64,000 bases of DNA from an uncultured delta proteobacterium (GCA_963704985.1 CAVPIL010000003.1:47122-111121); one strand, 5' to 3'. Positions 10,330 to 20,315 are shown, numbered from the stretch's first letter. A program made the numbers and translations. The notes: generated by a model not told the origin, from the sequence alone.

Positions 10330-11097
10330 TCACTCCTGGCCGTGGCGGCGGTCTTTTAACCCGTCGGCATAGCGCTTGTCCCCATACCCGAGAATTTGAC
10401 GGCAGATGCCGCGGATGATGCTGGTCTCAGCGGCCCGCAGGGACAGGCGGGCGAAAAAGCGGCGGATGCGGGTCATCCAATAGTCGGGATTTTCCGGGTT
10501 CAGGTATCCGATTTGAACCAGGGCCGCTGTCAGTTCGTCGTACATCTGGTCCAGCTCGATGCGTTTGGCCAGGCGAGGGGAGAATGTGGGGGGGGCGGCC
10601 TGGGCGGCGGTGGCGAGGCAGTAGCAGACCACCATGACCGCCTGAGCCAGGTTCAGCGAGGTAAACTCCGCCGTGGGGATGGTAACCAACTGGTGGCAGC
10701 GCTTCAAATCGTCGTTGGTCAGCCCGCGGTCTTCGGGACCGAAGAGAATGGCCACCGGATTGTTTTTGGAAAGAGGGATCAGGCTCTGGGCCAGGGATTC
10801 AGGGGACTTGATCACCGGGCGCTGGCCCCCCAGCCGGGCGGTGGTGCCGATCACATGGCCGAATGGCGCCAACGCCTCATCCAGCAGATCGAAGCGCTGG
10901 ATGTTGTCCACCACGGAGCCGGCCACGTGGGTGGCCAGCCGCCGGATCCGTTCTTCATCCCAGATGCCGGGGGCCACCACGATCAGCCGGGCAAATCCCA
11001 TGTTGCACATGGCCCGGGCAGCGGCCCCGATATTTTCCGGATACCGGGGCCGCTGTAGGACGATGGCGATGTTGTCGCGGGTGATGCCGACGGTCAT
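10330..11097 (-). CDS. TrmJ/LasT family SPOUT RNA methyltransferase
   Basis: [26 protein letters not shown]. Confidence 0.92.
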   Translation of the reverse strand: MTVGITRDNIAIVLQRPRYPENIGAAARAMCNMGFARLIVVAPGIWDEERIRRLATHVAGSVVDNIQRFDLLDEALAPFGHVIGTTARLGGQRPVIKSPESLAQSLIPLSKNNPVAILFGPEDRGLTNDDLKRCHQLVTIPTAEFTSLNLAQAVMVVCYCLATAAQAAPPTFSPRLAKRIELDQMYDELTAALVQIGYLNPENPDYWMTRIRRFFARLSLRAAETSIIRGICRQILGYGDKRYADGLKDRRHGQE

Positions 11098-11513
11098 CGG
11101 GCGTTGATTTCGAAGGCATTGAAAAAGTAGCTGATTTCAAATGCAGCGGTTTCCGGCGCATCGGAGCCATGGACCACGTTTTTTTCTATATCGGTGGCAA
11201 AATCGCGCCGAATGGTACCTTGGGCTGCTTGCTTGTAATCGGTGGCGCCCATGAGTTCGCGATAACGGGCAATGGCGTTTTCTCCCTCCAGCACCATGAC
11301 CACCGCCGGGCCGGAAGACATGAATGCGGTGAGACTGCCGAAAAAGGGCCGCTCGCGATGCACGGCATAAAACCCCTCGGCCTGGGCTTGGGTCATGTGG
11401 ATCATTTTCATGGCGATGATTTTCAGGCCGCTGGCTTCCAGGCGTTTGACCACGTCGCCGATGATGCCCCGGGAGACGCCGTCGGGCTTGACGATTGACA
11501 ATGTTCTCTGCAT
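11094..11513 (-). CDS. ndk: nucleoside diphosphate kinase
   Basis: [11 protein letters not shown]...[11 protein letters not shown]...NVVHGSD; start at ATG 11513 after AAAGGA. Confidence 0.97.
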   Translation of the reverse strand: MQRTLSIVKPDGVSRGIIGDVVKRLEASGLKIIAMKMIHMTQAQAEGFYAVHRERPFFGSLTAFMSSGPAVVMVLEGENAIARYRELMGATDYKQAAQGTIRRDFATDIEKNVVHGSDAPETAAFEISYFFNAFEINAR

Positions 11514-11826
11514 GCTTGAATTCCTTTCATCGGATTGGGAAGCCGTCCCCAATATCGGAGTTGTGCTCACAATGGCAAACCTTTTTGTATTTCTCCCCGC
11601 AGGCATACGCCAGCATGCCGGGGATGTGAAACACCGAACCAATCAAGTGATTGGGCCAAGGGGCATTGTTGAGATGGCTTATCGTTCGACGCTGCCATAA
11701 CAGAAGGCTGTTGCCAAGTCAACCGCTTCCCACGGGCTTTAAATGCTGGTTTCGTGACGATTCAACAAGCTGATATTTCAAATTTTATCATATGACACAG
11801 CATAGTGGTAACCCTGCTTCCAGCAG

Positions 11827-11855
11827 TTGACAGGCTAGGGGGGCAGTCCTATTAT
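11827..11855 (+). promoter_or_regulatory. sigma70 promoter
   Basis: TTGACA-17 nt-TATTAT upstream of 11933 gene. Confidence 0.75.
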
Positions 11856-11932
11856 TCGGATCACGCAATGGTCGCCCTTTAACAACGTAAACACCCTGTT
11901 AGCAACCAACAGCAACCGATGGTGGAGAGAAC

Positions 11933-12427
11933 ATGCCGATCTACGAGTTTTACTGTTCAGACTGCAATACCCTGTTCAACTTCTTTTCCAGAACCATCAA
12001 CACATCCAAGACACCCCAATGTCCCAAATGCGGGACGGCCACCCTGGAGCGGCAGATGTCAGCCTTTGCCTTTACCGGCAAGGCCAAGGAGTCCGCAGAC
12101 GGTGAAGACCTTCCCTTTGACGAACAGAAGATGGAGCGGGCCATGCAGATGCTGGCCGGCGAAGCGGACCGGATCAACGAGGACGATCCGCGCCAGGCCG
12201 CCAATCTCATGCGCAAGCTCACCGATATGACCGGAATGGAACTCGGCGCAGGCATGGAAGAAGCCCTGCGGCGCATGGAACGCGGTGAGGATCCGGAACA
12301 GGTCGAAGCGGAGATGGGTGATCTGCTGGAAGGTGAAGACCCGTTTCTGTTCCCTGAAAAGAAGGGCAAGGGTGGCGCAGGCGCCAGACGGGCCCCTCTG
12401 CGGGACGAGACCCTTTACGATCTGTAG
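11933..12427 (+). CDS. FmdB-family zinc-ribbon protein
   Basis: MPIYEFYCSDC...CPKCG N-terminus, acidic helical tail. Confidence 0.88.
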   Translation: MPIYEFYCSDCNTLFNFFSRTINTSKTPQCPKCGTATLERQMSAFAFTGKAKESADGEDLPFDEQKMERAMQMLAGEADRINEDDPRQAANLMRKLTDMTGMELGAGMEEALRRMERGEDPEQVEAEMGDLLEGEDPFLFPEKKGKGGAGARRAPLRDETLYDL

Positions 12428-12547
12428 GTTCAAAGATAATTCGGTTGGACTTCAGGACCGGTCGTTGAAGCGTTACCATACGGGTTTCACCGGATAGCGC
12501 TGCCCGACTAAATATTTTACCATCTATTAGTAAAGGGAGGCCAACCG

Positions 12548-13069
12548 ATGACCCTGAAAGAACGACTGGAAGCCCGGCAGGGCGACATCACCCGATTGGC
12601 GGTGGATGCCATCGTCAATGCGGCCAATACCTCGCTGCTGGGCGGCGGCGGGGTGGACGGGGCCATTCACCGGGCCGCCGGTCCCGACCTGCTGGCCGAA
12701 TGCCGGACCATCGGCGGGTGTCCCACCGGCGAAGCCCGTTTAACCAAGGGTTACCGGCTGCCTGCCCGATATGTGATTCACACCGTGGGGCCGGTTTACC
12801 GGGGCCGGCCGGCGGACAGCCGACTGCTGGCCGGCTGTTACACCCACAGCCTGACGTTGGCGCTGGACCACGCGATCCGCAGCCTGGCCTTTCCCGCCAT
12901 CAGCTGCGGGGTCTATGGCTACCCCATTGCCGATGCCTGCAACATTGCCGTAGACACCTGCGCCGCTTTCTTAAACACCCATGCGTTGCCCGAAAAGGTG
13001 GTCTTCGTGCTGTTCTCGGCCACGGATCTTGAGGTCTACACCCGCTGCCTGTCCTCCAGGGTGGGGTAG
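12548..13069 (+). CDS. macrodomain protein (O-acetyl-ADP-ribose deacetylase, YmdB-like)
   Basis: GDIT, AIVNAAN.SLLGGGGVDGAIH, AFPAISCGVYGYP. Confidence 0.93.
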   Translation: MTLKERLEARQGDITRLAVDAIVNAANTSLLGGGGVDGAIHRAAGPDLLAECRTIGGCPTGEARLTKGYRLPARYVIHTVGPVYRGRPADSRLLAGCYTHSLTLALDHAIRSLAFPAISCGVYGYPIADACNIAVDTCAAFLNTHALPEKVVFVLFSATDLEVYTRCLSSRVG

Positions 13070-13182
13070 GGTTTCTGCTGTCGATCCGCACTGGCTGATG
13101 GATTTCAGGGGAATTGAACGTTGCCGGAGCAAAGTCAAACCGGAACTGTAATATCCATCGTCAATACGCTCCGGAATTGGGA

Positions 13183-13211
13183 TTGACAAACCCGATGGAC
13201 ATGGTTAAGTT
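13183..13211 (+). promoter_or_regulatory. sigma70 promoter of HesB-like gene
   Basis: TTGACA-17 nt-TAAGTT. Confidence 0.65.
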
Positions 13212-13287
13212 CGAGGGCTGAAACCAATTGAGGGTTTCCGGTCTTGGACATTTTCAGACCGATTTCTTCATCTCCAAGGAGGGTATC

Positions 13288-13602
13288 ATGCTCGAAGTCA
13301 CACAACCGGCAGTCCAGCAGATTGCCGAATATTTCAAGGGAAAAGAGGTCAAACCCATCCGGATTTTCCTCAACGAGGGCGGCTGAGGGGGCCCCGGCCT
13401 GGCCATGGCTCTGGATGAGCTTGCCGATACGGACAAGGCGTTTGACGTTGACGGTTTCAAATTCATCGTCAACACCGAATTTCTGGAAAAAGCCCAACCC
13501 ATCAAGGTGGATTTTCATCAGTACGGCTTCAAGCTGGACTGTGGTATCGACTTCGGCGCCGGCTGCACCAGTTGCGGCACCAAGGGTTCCTGCTGCGCCT
13601 GA
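13288..13602 (+). CDS. IscA/HesB-like selenoprotein (Sec at codon 33, UGA 13384-13386)
   Basis: AAGGAGG RBS + ATG 13288; MLEVTQPAVQQIAEYFKGKEVKPIRIFLNEGG-U-GGPGLAMALDE... in frame with ORF 13405-13602; UGA lies at the IscA GGC.G Cys position. Confidence 0.9.
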
Positions 13603-13623
13603 TCGACCCTGACCGATTTTACT

Positions 13624-13654
13624 GAAAGGCGGCCTGCTGCAGGCCGCCTTTTCT
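13624..13654 (+). terminator. intrinsic terminator
   Basis: AAAGGCGGCCTG-CTG-CAGGCCGCCTTT followed by TCT. Confidence 0.8.
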
Positions 13655-13872
13655 ATTGGTGCGCTGCCATGGACGCGTATCCGGTCGCGTCGAACCGCTT
13701 TGTGCCAATACCTGTCGGCTGCGTTCTTTTTCTTGCAGCAACGGCGCTGCCTTGCTATAAGGCACATACCTAACAGCAGGCCATCGACACATCCGCTGCC
13801 ATGCGGTGCTGCGGTTACGGGAATTTGATTCCAAGCCATGACAACCGATCGACGCGTTCCAAGGAGCAGACC

Positions 13873-14589
13873 ATGACACCGGTGGTGTACGCTGTGAATG
13901 GGCATGTGGCCACGATTACCCTGAATGACGGAGAGAACCGGTTCAATCCGGTTTTTCTGGAGGCCTATTTGAGGGTCCTCGATGAAATCGAACGCGCTAC
14001 CGATGCGACCACCCTGGTGGTGACTTCGTCCCATGAAAAGATATTCTCCAACGGTATCGATCTGGAGTGGCTGGTCCCGGTCATTCAACAAAACGACCTC
14101 CCCCAGGCCAAGGATTTCTTTTACCTGCTTAATCGCATGTTCAAACGCATTGCCACCTATCCCCTGGTGACCGTGGCCGGCATCTCCGGTCACGCCTTTG
14201 CCGGCGGCGCCATCATGTGCTGTGCCTTTGATTTCCGGTTCATGCGATCGGACCGCGGATTTTTCTGCTTCCCTGAAGTGGACTTGGGCATCCCCTTTCT
14301 GCCGGGTATGAATGCGCTGCTTAAAAAGGCCATGCCCATGTACATGGTGGAGTACATGGAATACACCGGTGTCCGGCTCACCGCCGACCAGTGCGTGGAC
14401 CATCATATCGTTCACAAGGCCTGTTCCGTCGATACGCTCATGGAGGAAACCCTGGCTTTTGCTATGGCCATCAACAAGCGGCGCCCGGTGGTGGCTGAGA
14501 TGAAAAAGCGGCTCAATCAAGCCATCGTCCATGCCATCGATGTCGAAGACGTTGCCTATATCGAATCGGGTCAGTTCAATATCGCCTGA
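13873..14589 (+). CDS. enoyl-CoA hydratase/isomerase family protein
   Basis: FSNGIDL, GHAFAGG, FCFPEVDLG; AAGGAG RBS before ATG 13873. Confidence 0.9.
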   Translation: MTPVVYAVNGHVATITLNDGENRFNPVFLEAYLRVLDEIERATDATTLVVTSSHEKIFSNGIDLEWLVPVIQQNDLPQAKDFFYLLNRMFKRIATYPLVTVAGISGHAFAGGAIMCCAFDFRFMRSDRGFFCFPEVDLGIPFLPGMNALLKKAMPMYMVEYMEYTGVRLTADQCVDHHIVHKACSVDTLMEETLAFAMAINKRRPVVAEMKKRLNQAIVHAIDVEDVAYIESGQFNIA

Positions 14590-14652
14590 TCGGTTTCCCG
14601 CAGCGGTTGATGCAGCGGTTTAAACGGAACGCTCAACCAAGGAGTGACTCGC

Positions 14653-15225
14653 GTGACAGATTTGATGGCGATCATAAATAGCAGGCGCAGCATCCGGAAA
14701 TACGAAACTCGGGATGTGCCCGGGGCGATGGTGGATCAGGTTCTGGAAGCCATTCGATGGGCACCGTCTTGGACCAACTGCCAGTGCTGGGAAGTGGTGG
14801 TGGTCCGGGATCCAGCGATCAAGAAGAAGCTCCAGGCCACCCTGCCTCCGCAGGGCAATCCGGCCGTTAACGCCATTGTTGAGGCGCCGGTGCTGCTGGC
14901 CCTGTGTGCCAGGACCGGAACCTCGGGCTATTACAAGGGACTGAAGACCACCAAGTTTGGTGACTGGATGATGTATGATCTCGGTCTGGCCACGCAGAAC
15001 CTTTGCCTCATGGCCCATAATCTGGGCCTGGGTACGGTTATCGTCGGCCTGTTCGACCATGATCGTGCCCGGGCGGTGATCAACGTTCCGGATGAATATG
15101 AACTGATTACCCTGATTCCGCTGGGCTATCCCGCAAAGGTGGGCCGTGCGCCCCAGCGCCGTGAGTCCCATGCGTTCACCCACGACAACCTCTTCGAAGC
15201 CCGATCCGAGCAAGCCGGGGGCTGA
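14653..15225 (+). CDS. nitroreductase family protein
   Basis: RRSIRKY, APSWTNCQCW, AHNLGLGT, LGYP; GTG 8 nt after AAGGAG. Confidence 0.92.
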   Translation: MTDLMAIINSRRSIRKYETRDVPGAMVDQVLEAIRWAPSWTNCQCWEVVVVRDPAIKKKLQATLPPQGNPAVNAIVEAPVLLALCARTGTSGYYKGLKTTKFGDWMMYDLGLATQNLCLMAHNLGLGTVIVGLFDHDRARAVINVPDEYELITLIPLGYPAKVGRAPQRRESHAFTHDNLFEARSEQAGG

Positions 15226-16906
15226 GAACAGATCCTCCCGACCCCACCCACCAGCGCTTTTTCAGAGGGACCCGTTTCAGGACGGGCAGGCGCTGTTTCA
15301 TGCCTGTTTTGATCATGCGGGCGCCGGATTGGCCGTCACTTATCCCGATGGGCGCTTCGTCAAGGTCAACCCTGCCTTGTGCGCCATGCTTGGCTATGCG
15401 GAAAAAACCCTGCTGAACCTTCGCCTGCAAAACATTCTGGCCCCCGGCCAGCGGCATCGGCTGGCGGAATTGTCCCGGGACATTTTGGCCGGCAAACCAA
15501 ACCCTGTCCCAACAGCCATCGAATGCCGCCATCGGGGTGGCAACGCAGTCCGGGGACTGCTGAATCTATCCCTGGTCGATGACCAGGCGGGCGCTGAGCA
15601 CTATCTCATTGTCCAGATTCAGGACATCAGCGACCTGATCCGCACCGAAGCCGAATTGGAAGAGACCCGGCAGTGCTACCGGGCGCTGGCCGATGCCACC
15701 TTTGAGGCGGTTTTCATTTCCAGCCAGGGGATCTGCATCGACGCCAATCGCACCGCATCCATTATGTTCGATGTGCCTCGCGAACAGCTGATCGGCATTT
15801 TTAGCACCGATGTCATTGCGCCGGAGCACAAGTCACGGGTCAGGCAAAACATGCTTTCCGGCTACGAAGAACCCTATCATGCCGTGGCCATGAAAAGTGA
15901 CGGTACCCGGTTCCATGTGATGATCCAGGGAAAGATGGTCCGGATCGGTGGCAGGGAGGTTCGGGTGACGGTGTTGCGGGATATCGATGCCCAGGTGACG
16001 GCGCAAGCGGCGCTCAAAGAGAGCGAGCGCCAGCTGCGCTCACTCATGGAAAGCGCCTCCAACTTCGTTCTTTTCCGCTTGCGTCATTGCCCGGACAACC
16101 CCTGCCAGCCCCAGCGGATTTTCATCAGTCCTTCCATGGTTGAAATCGTCGACCAGGCGCATGTGGTCGATTTCCAATCCTGGCTCAAAGTGATCCACCC
16201 CAGCGACAGGGATCTTCTGCTGGCTGCCGGAAGGGAGATGCTCAATACCCACAAGCTGGATGAGCGGGTCCGGATTCTCGACCGCTCGGGCAGCGGATGG
16301 CGATGGCTGCACATCATTTCTGTTGCAGTACCCGATGAAACCGACAACAGCATGTTTTTCAATGGGATTATTCTGGATATCACCAAGGAAGTGGATGCCG
16401 CTGCAGTGCTGAAAACCAGGGAAAGTGAGCTTAAGGAGCGAACCGAGAGCCTGTCCGAAGTCAACACGGCCCTTGAAGTGCTCTTGCGCAAACGAGAAGC
16501 GGATCGCATGGAGGTGGAAGAGAAGATGCTGACCAACGCCCAGAGCCTGATTCTGCCCTACCTGGAAAAGCTCAAGGCCAGCCGGCTGGATGACCGTCAG
16601 CGGGTTTATCTCAACCTGGTGGAGTCCAATCTCAACGAAATCATCTCGCCCTTGTCCCACCGCATGTCCAGGCACTATCTGCATTTCACGCCGCTGGAAA
16701 TCCAAGTGGCCAATTTGGTCAAAGAGGGCAAGACCACTAAGGACATCGCCCTGATATTGGGGCTGTCCACCCGAACCATCGAGGCCGTCCGCTATACCAT
16801 TCGAAGAAAACTGGGACTCAAGAAGAAACGGTCCAATCTCAGGTCATACCTGGTTTCCATTGAAGGTTCAGACACCCTTCCCGGCGGCGGCTACCGGACG
16901 CCTTAG
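15146..16906 (+). CDS. multi-PAS LuxR-type HTH transcriptional regulator (start uncertain)
   Basis: PAS repeats (VNPALCAMLGY; IHPSDR) and C-terminal FTPLEIQVANLVKEGKTTKDIA...IRRKLG. Confidence 0.88.
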   Translation: MRPSAVSPMRSPTTTSSKPDPSKPGAENRSSRPHPPALFQRDPFQDGQALFHACFDHAGAGLAVTYPDGRFVKVNPALCAMLGYAEKTLLNLRLQNILAPGQRHRLAELSRDILAGKPNPVPTAIECRHRGGNAVRGLLNLSLVDDQAGAEHYLIVQIQDISDLIRTEAELEETRQCYRALADATFEAVFISSQGICIDANRTASIMFDVPREQLIGIFSTDVIAPEHKSRVRQNMLSGYEEPYHAVAMKSDGTRFHVMIQGKMVRIGGREVRVTVLRDIDAQVTAQAALKESERQLRSLMESASNFVLFRLRHCPDNPCQPQRIFISPSMVEIVDQAHVVDFQSWLKVIHPSDRDLLLAAGREMLNTHKLDERVRILDRSGSGWRWLHIISVAVPDETDNSMFFNGIILDITKEVDAAAVLKTRESELKERTESLSEVNTALEVLLRKREADRMEVEEKMLTNAQSLILPYLEKLKASRLDDRQRVYLNLVESNLNEIISPLSHRMSRHYLHFTPLEIQVANLVKEGKTTKDIALILGLSTRTIEAVRYTIRRKLGLKKKRSNLRSYLVSIEGSDTLPGGGYRTP

Positions 16907-16973
16907 CCGGCCATGCCGTGCTCAGCGGCAGCTTCCGGCTCATTAGAAGCAATTTTCAGTTTGTTGGCGGGGT

Positions 16974-18563
16974 TCAAGCGGCCAGGTCGCGGGTCTTGTG
17001 AAAGCTGACCGCCGGCCACTCTTCCATGGCATTTTCAAGGCGCCACAAACTTGAGGCCAGGTAGGTCAGTTTGCCCTGGGAATCATGGGCCAGGCTGACG
17101 TACTTCTCCTTCTCAAAGGCGGCCAGCTGTTTCTTATCGTCGCTGGTCACCCACCGGGCGGCGGCAAAGGTTACCGCTTCATAATCGGCGTCCACCCCGT
17201 ATTCGGCTTTAAGACGTGCCATGGTCACGTCGAACTGAAGCATGCCGACGGCGCCAAGGATATACGTGTTGCCTGATAACGGGCGGAAAAATTGGACAGC
17301 CCCCTCTTCGGCCAGCTGGGTAAGACCTTTAAACAGCTGCTTGGTTTTGAGGGGGTTCTTCAGGCGAACCCGGCGGAAATGGTCCGGCGCAAAATTGGGA
17401 ATCCCGGTAAAGCTGAGCGGCTCCTTTTCGCAAAAGGAGTCCCCGATGCTGATGGTACCGTGGTTGTGGATGCCGATGATGTCCCCGGGGTAGGCCACAT
17501 CAACATGGGTGCGGTCCTGGGCCATGAAGATGGTGGCATTGGACAAGGTGACTTGCTTGTCCAGACGGGTCTGGAACACCTTCATCCCACGGATGAACTT
17601 GCCCGAACAGATGCGCACAAAGGCGATTCGGTCCCGATGGGCCGGGTCCATGTTAGCTTGGATTTTAAATGCGAAGCCGGAGAAGGTCTCCTCTTCGGGC
17701 AAGACCTGGCGGGTGGTGGTGGGCCGAGCCCGGGGAGATGGCGCCATTTCAACAAAGGCATCAAACATCTCGCGCACGCCGAAATTGTTGATGGCGCTGC
17801 CGAAGAAAACCGGCGTCTGACTGCCTTTGAGGTACTGGTCCAGTTCGAAGGGGTTGGCGGCACCCTCCAGCAGTGCAACATCGTCGCGCAACTCCCTGGC
17901 CTGGCTGCCCAGCATCGCGTCCAGGCGGGGGTCGGCCAGATCGGTGATGACCATCCCCTCCTGATGGCGGGTCTGACTACCGGGGCTGATCAGATGAAGT
18001 TGCCGGTGGTACAGATTGTAGACCCCGCGAAAGCGCTTGCCCATGCCGATGGGCCAGGAGAGGGGCGCGCATTCGACTTGGAGTTTTTCTTCGATATCCG
18101 ACAGGATTTCCAGGGGAGACAACCCGTCACGGTCCAGCTTGTTGATGAAGGTCATGATAGGGGTGTTGCGCATACGGCAAACCTCCATGAGTTTTTCGGT
18201 CTGGGGCTCCACACCCTTGGCACTGTCGATAACCATGAGGGCGCTGTCCACGGCAGTGAGCACTCGGTATGTATCCTCGGAAAAATCCTGGTGACCGGGT
18301 GTGTCCAACAGGTTCACTTCAAAACCGCCGTAACTGAATTTCATGACCGATGTGGTCACTGAAATACCGCGCTCTTTTTCGATGGCCATCCAATCGCTGG
18401 TGGCATACCGTCCTGCGCGTTTGGCTTTCACGGCCCCGGCCATCTGGATGGCGCCGCCGAACATGAGCAGCTTTTCCGTCAGGGTGGTTTTCCCGGCGTC
18501 CGGGTGGCTGATGATGCCAAACGTCCGGCGTTTTCTGAGTTCTTCCAAAAAATGTCGATCCAT
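16974..18563 (-). CDS. prfC: peptide chain release factor 3
   Basis: [51 protein letters not shown]. Confidence 0.97.
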   Translation of the reverse strand: MDRHFLEELRKRRTFGIISHPDAGKTTLTEKLLMFGGAIQMAGAVKAKRAGRYATSDWMAIEKERGISVTTSVMKFSYGGFEVNLLDTPGHQDFSEDTYRVLTAVDSALMVIDSAKGVEPQTEKLMEVCRMRNTPIMTFINKLDRDGLSPLEILSDIEEKLQVECAPLSWPIGMGKRFRGVYNLYHRQLHLISPGSQTRHQEGMVITDLADPRLDAMLGSQARELRDDVALLEGAANPFELDQYLKGSQTPVFFGSAINNFGVREMFDAFVEMAPSPRARPTTTRQVLPEEETFSGFAFKIQANMDPAHRDRIAFVRICSGKFIRGMKVFQTRLDKQVTLSNATIFMAQDRTHVDVAYPGDIIGIHNHGTISIGDSFCEKEPLSFTGIPNFAPDHFRRVRLKNPLKTKQLFKGLTQLAEEGAVQFFRPLSGNTYILGAVGMLQFDVTMARLKAEYGVDADYEAVTFAAARWVTSDDKKQLAAFEKEKYVSLAHDSQGKLTYLASSLWRLENAMEEWPAVSFHKTRDLAA

Positions 18564-18659
18564 AAGTGTTGCGTCTTTTTTCGATTAGCCAAAAAAAACA
18601 GGCCGAATCCGGCCCGTTACCGCTATCCTTAAACTTGGTGATGGGTTTATGCCGGATTG

Positions 18660-19334
18660 CTACATGGCGCTGCATCCGGCGGCCGACCGAACCCATTCAT
18701 CCACGAACAGCGGATCCGGGTCGGTGTCTTGAATGATTCCGTTCTCTTCGATCTCTTGGATAAATGTTTCTACGTAGGTTTCATGAAAATAGCGGCGGCA
18801 CCCTTGACGAAGGATTGCGTAAGCCGAGGCAATCGTCTGCCCTTTCTGGTAGGGCCGGTCCGTGGTAACTGCATCAAAGCAATCCGCAATGCTGACAATT
18901 TTGGCGCCCGGTGGAATCTCCCTGTCCTTCAGGCCGAAGGGATAACCGTTGCCGTCCTCCCGCTCGTGGTGAAACAGCACAAAATCCACGGCCGGTTTCA
19001 GAAAATCGATATTTTTTAGCAGGGCAGCACCGATCAGCGGGTGGCAACGCACCTCCTGCTGAAGGTCGCTGGGCAGGTGGGCCTCCCGATTGGTGAAAAT
19101 ACGATCACTCATGGCCAGCTTGCCCACATCGTGAAACAAGCCCCCAATGCCCACGTTGACGATATCCTGTTGGAGAAATCCCAAGCGCCGGGCCAGTCGA
19201 CCGGCATATAAGGCCACCCGATGGCCGTGTGCCTGGGTGTAGCGGTCCTTAGCCCCAAGGGCGATGACTATTTCACTCAATGTCTGCAGGTGCTGCTCAC
19301 AAAGCCGTTGGCGGCTCGTTGAATTGTGTCGCAT
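18660..19334 (-). CDS. stand-alone HD-GYP phosphodiesterase
   Basis: KDRYT.AH, FHDVGK, HHEREDGNGYPFGL, DRPY motifs intact. Confidence 0.9.
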   Translation of the reverse strand: MRHNSTSRQRLCEQHLQTLSEIVIALGAKDRYTQAHGHRVALYAGRLARRLGFLQQDIVNVGIGGLFHDVGKLAMSDRIFTNREAHLPSDLQQEVRCHPLIGAALLKNIDFLKPAVDFVLFHHEREDGNGYPFGLKDREIPPGAKIVSIADCFDAVTTDRPYQKGQTIASAYAILRQGCRRYFHETYVETFIQEIEENGIIQDTDPDPLFVDEWVRSAAGCSAM

Positions 19335-19397
19335 GGATGCCAGACAGCCTCCGTGTTTTCCAGTATGCGTGCCGGTACAAACCCGATTTTTGTTTAA

Positions 19398-19541
19398 GCC
19401 TTGGGCATAGCTTCCAATTTGCCGAAACGAGGATTCATCTAGATTGGCAAGTTGGAACGACGATGGGGCGGTTTTAAACGCGTCGTCTCGCCTCAGACAG
19501 GATCGTGTTCAGGTCTCAATCTAAAGTAGCCTTCAAGCGGC
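19398..19541 (-). ncRNA. candidate structured RNA (sRNA or 5' leader), family not recognised
   Basis: Starts just after a consensus promoter; hand pairing gives a nested rod rich in G-U pairs (CUUG/CAAG, GGC/GCC, CUGAAC/GUUUCGG, UGUCUG/UAGAUG, GGCGAG/CUUGCC, GACGA/UCGUC). Confidence 0.45.
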
Positions 19542-19545
19542 CCAC

Positions 19546-19574
19546 AATATAAGCCAGGGCAGAATAAGTGTCAA
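19546..19574 (-). promoter_or_regulatory. consensus sigma70 promoter firing toward HD-GYP/prfC
   Basis: Minus strand TTGACA(19574-19569)-17 nt-TATATT(19551-19546). Confidence 0.8.
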
Positions 19575-19667
19575 ACGAAAACGGAAGGTTAAACCAACCC
19601 GGGAGAGGTGTGGCCATGCCACGACGGTGCTGAACCCAAGGGCAAGGGCGGTGACGGCCAGGCGTTC

Positions 19668-20315
19668 TCACCCCGTATGGTTCATGGACTGTTGTTTCAG
19701 ACGGTTAAAAACTATCAGCGCCTGTCGCCGGCTCTCCGTCGTGGTCCCACTGTTGTCGATGACAACGGTGGCCCGCTGGCGTTTCTCCTCAATGGGCATC
19801 TGGGACCGGATGCGGGCCATGGCCGCTTGCTGATCGATTCCCTCCCGCTTCATGAGTCGTTCCAATTGAAGGGGCTCGGGCACATAAACAACAATCACGG
19901 CTGCCAGATCTTTTTCCATGCCCGCCTCGAGAAGCAGCGGAATGTCCAGGATCACCACTGCATCGGGCGCCTGGCGGGCGATTTGGGCGATCATTGCCGC
20001 TGACTGTTCAATGACCCGCGGATGGACGATGGCATCCAGGCGGGCTTTTTTTAACGGGTCGTTGAAGATGATGTCACCCAAGCGCTCGCGGTCAATTTCA
20101 CCGTTCGGCAGAAGAATCGTCCCACCAAAAAAGGATAGGATGTCATTGTAGGCGGGCGTCCCATGCCTGACCACATCCCTGGCGATTTTGTCGGCGTCGA
20201 TGATCCGGGCGCCGGCATCGGCCAGAAATCCGGATATCGTTGACTTGCCGCTGGCGATGCCTCCGGTGAGACCGGCGATGATCACGGGGTCTCCTTGGGT
20301 CGGTTTGACAGACAC
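19668..20315 (-). CDS. coaE: dephospho-CoA kinase
   Basis: GLTGGIASGKST, IIDAD, IVHP, DIPLLLE, SQMP. Confidence 0.95.
   Translation of the reverse strand: MSVKPTQGDPVIIAGLTGGIASGKSTISGFLADAGARIIDADKIARDVVRHGTPAYNDILSFFGGTILLPNGEIDRERLGDIIFNDPLKKARLDAIVHPRVIEQSAAMIAQIARQAPDAVVILDIPLLLEAGMEKDLAAVIVVYVPEPLQLERLMKREGIDQQAAMARIRSQMPIEEKRQRATVVIDNSGTTTESRRQALIVFNRLKQQSMNHTG

Noticed and set aside
19477-19666. Canonical 6S RNA on the plus strand
   Set aside because: Motif order (GUUCA 5', UGAAC 3') is reversed relative to 6S, the apical part pairs poorly and coincides with a minus-strand promoter, and zapA context is absent; kept only as an unexplained structure
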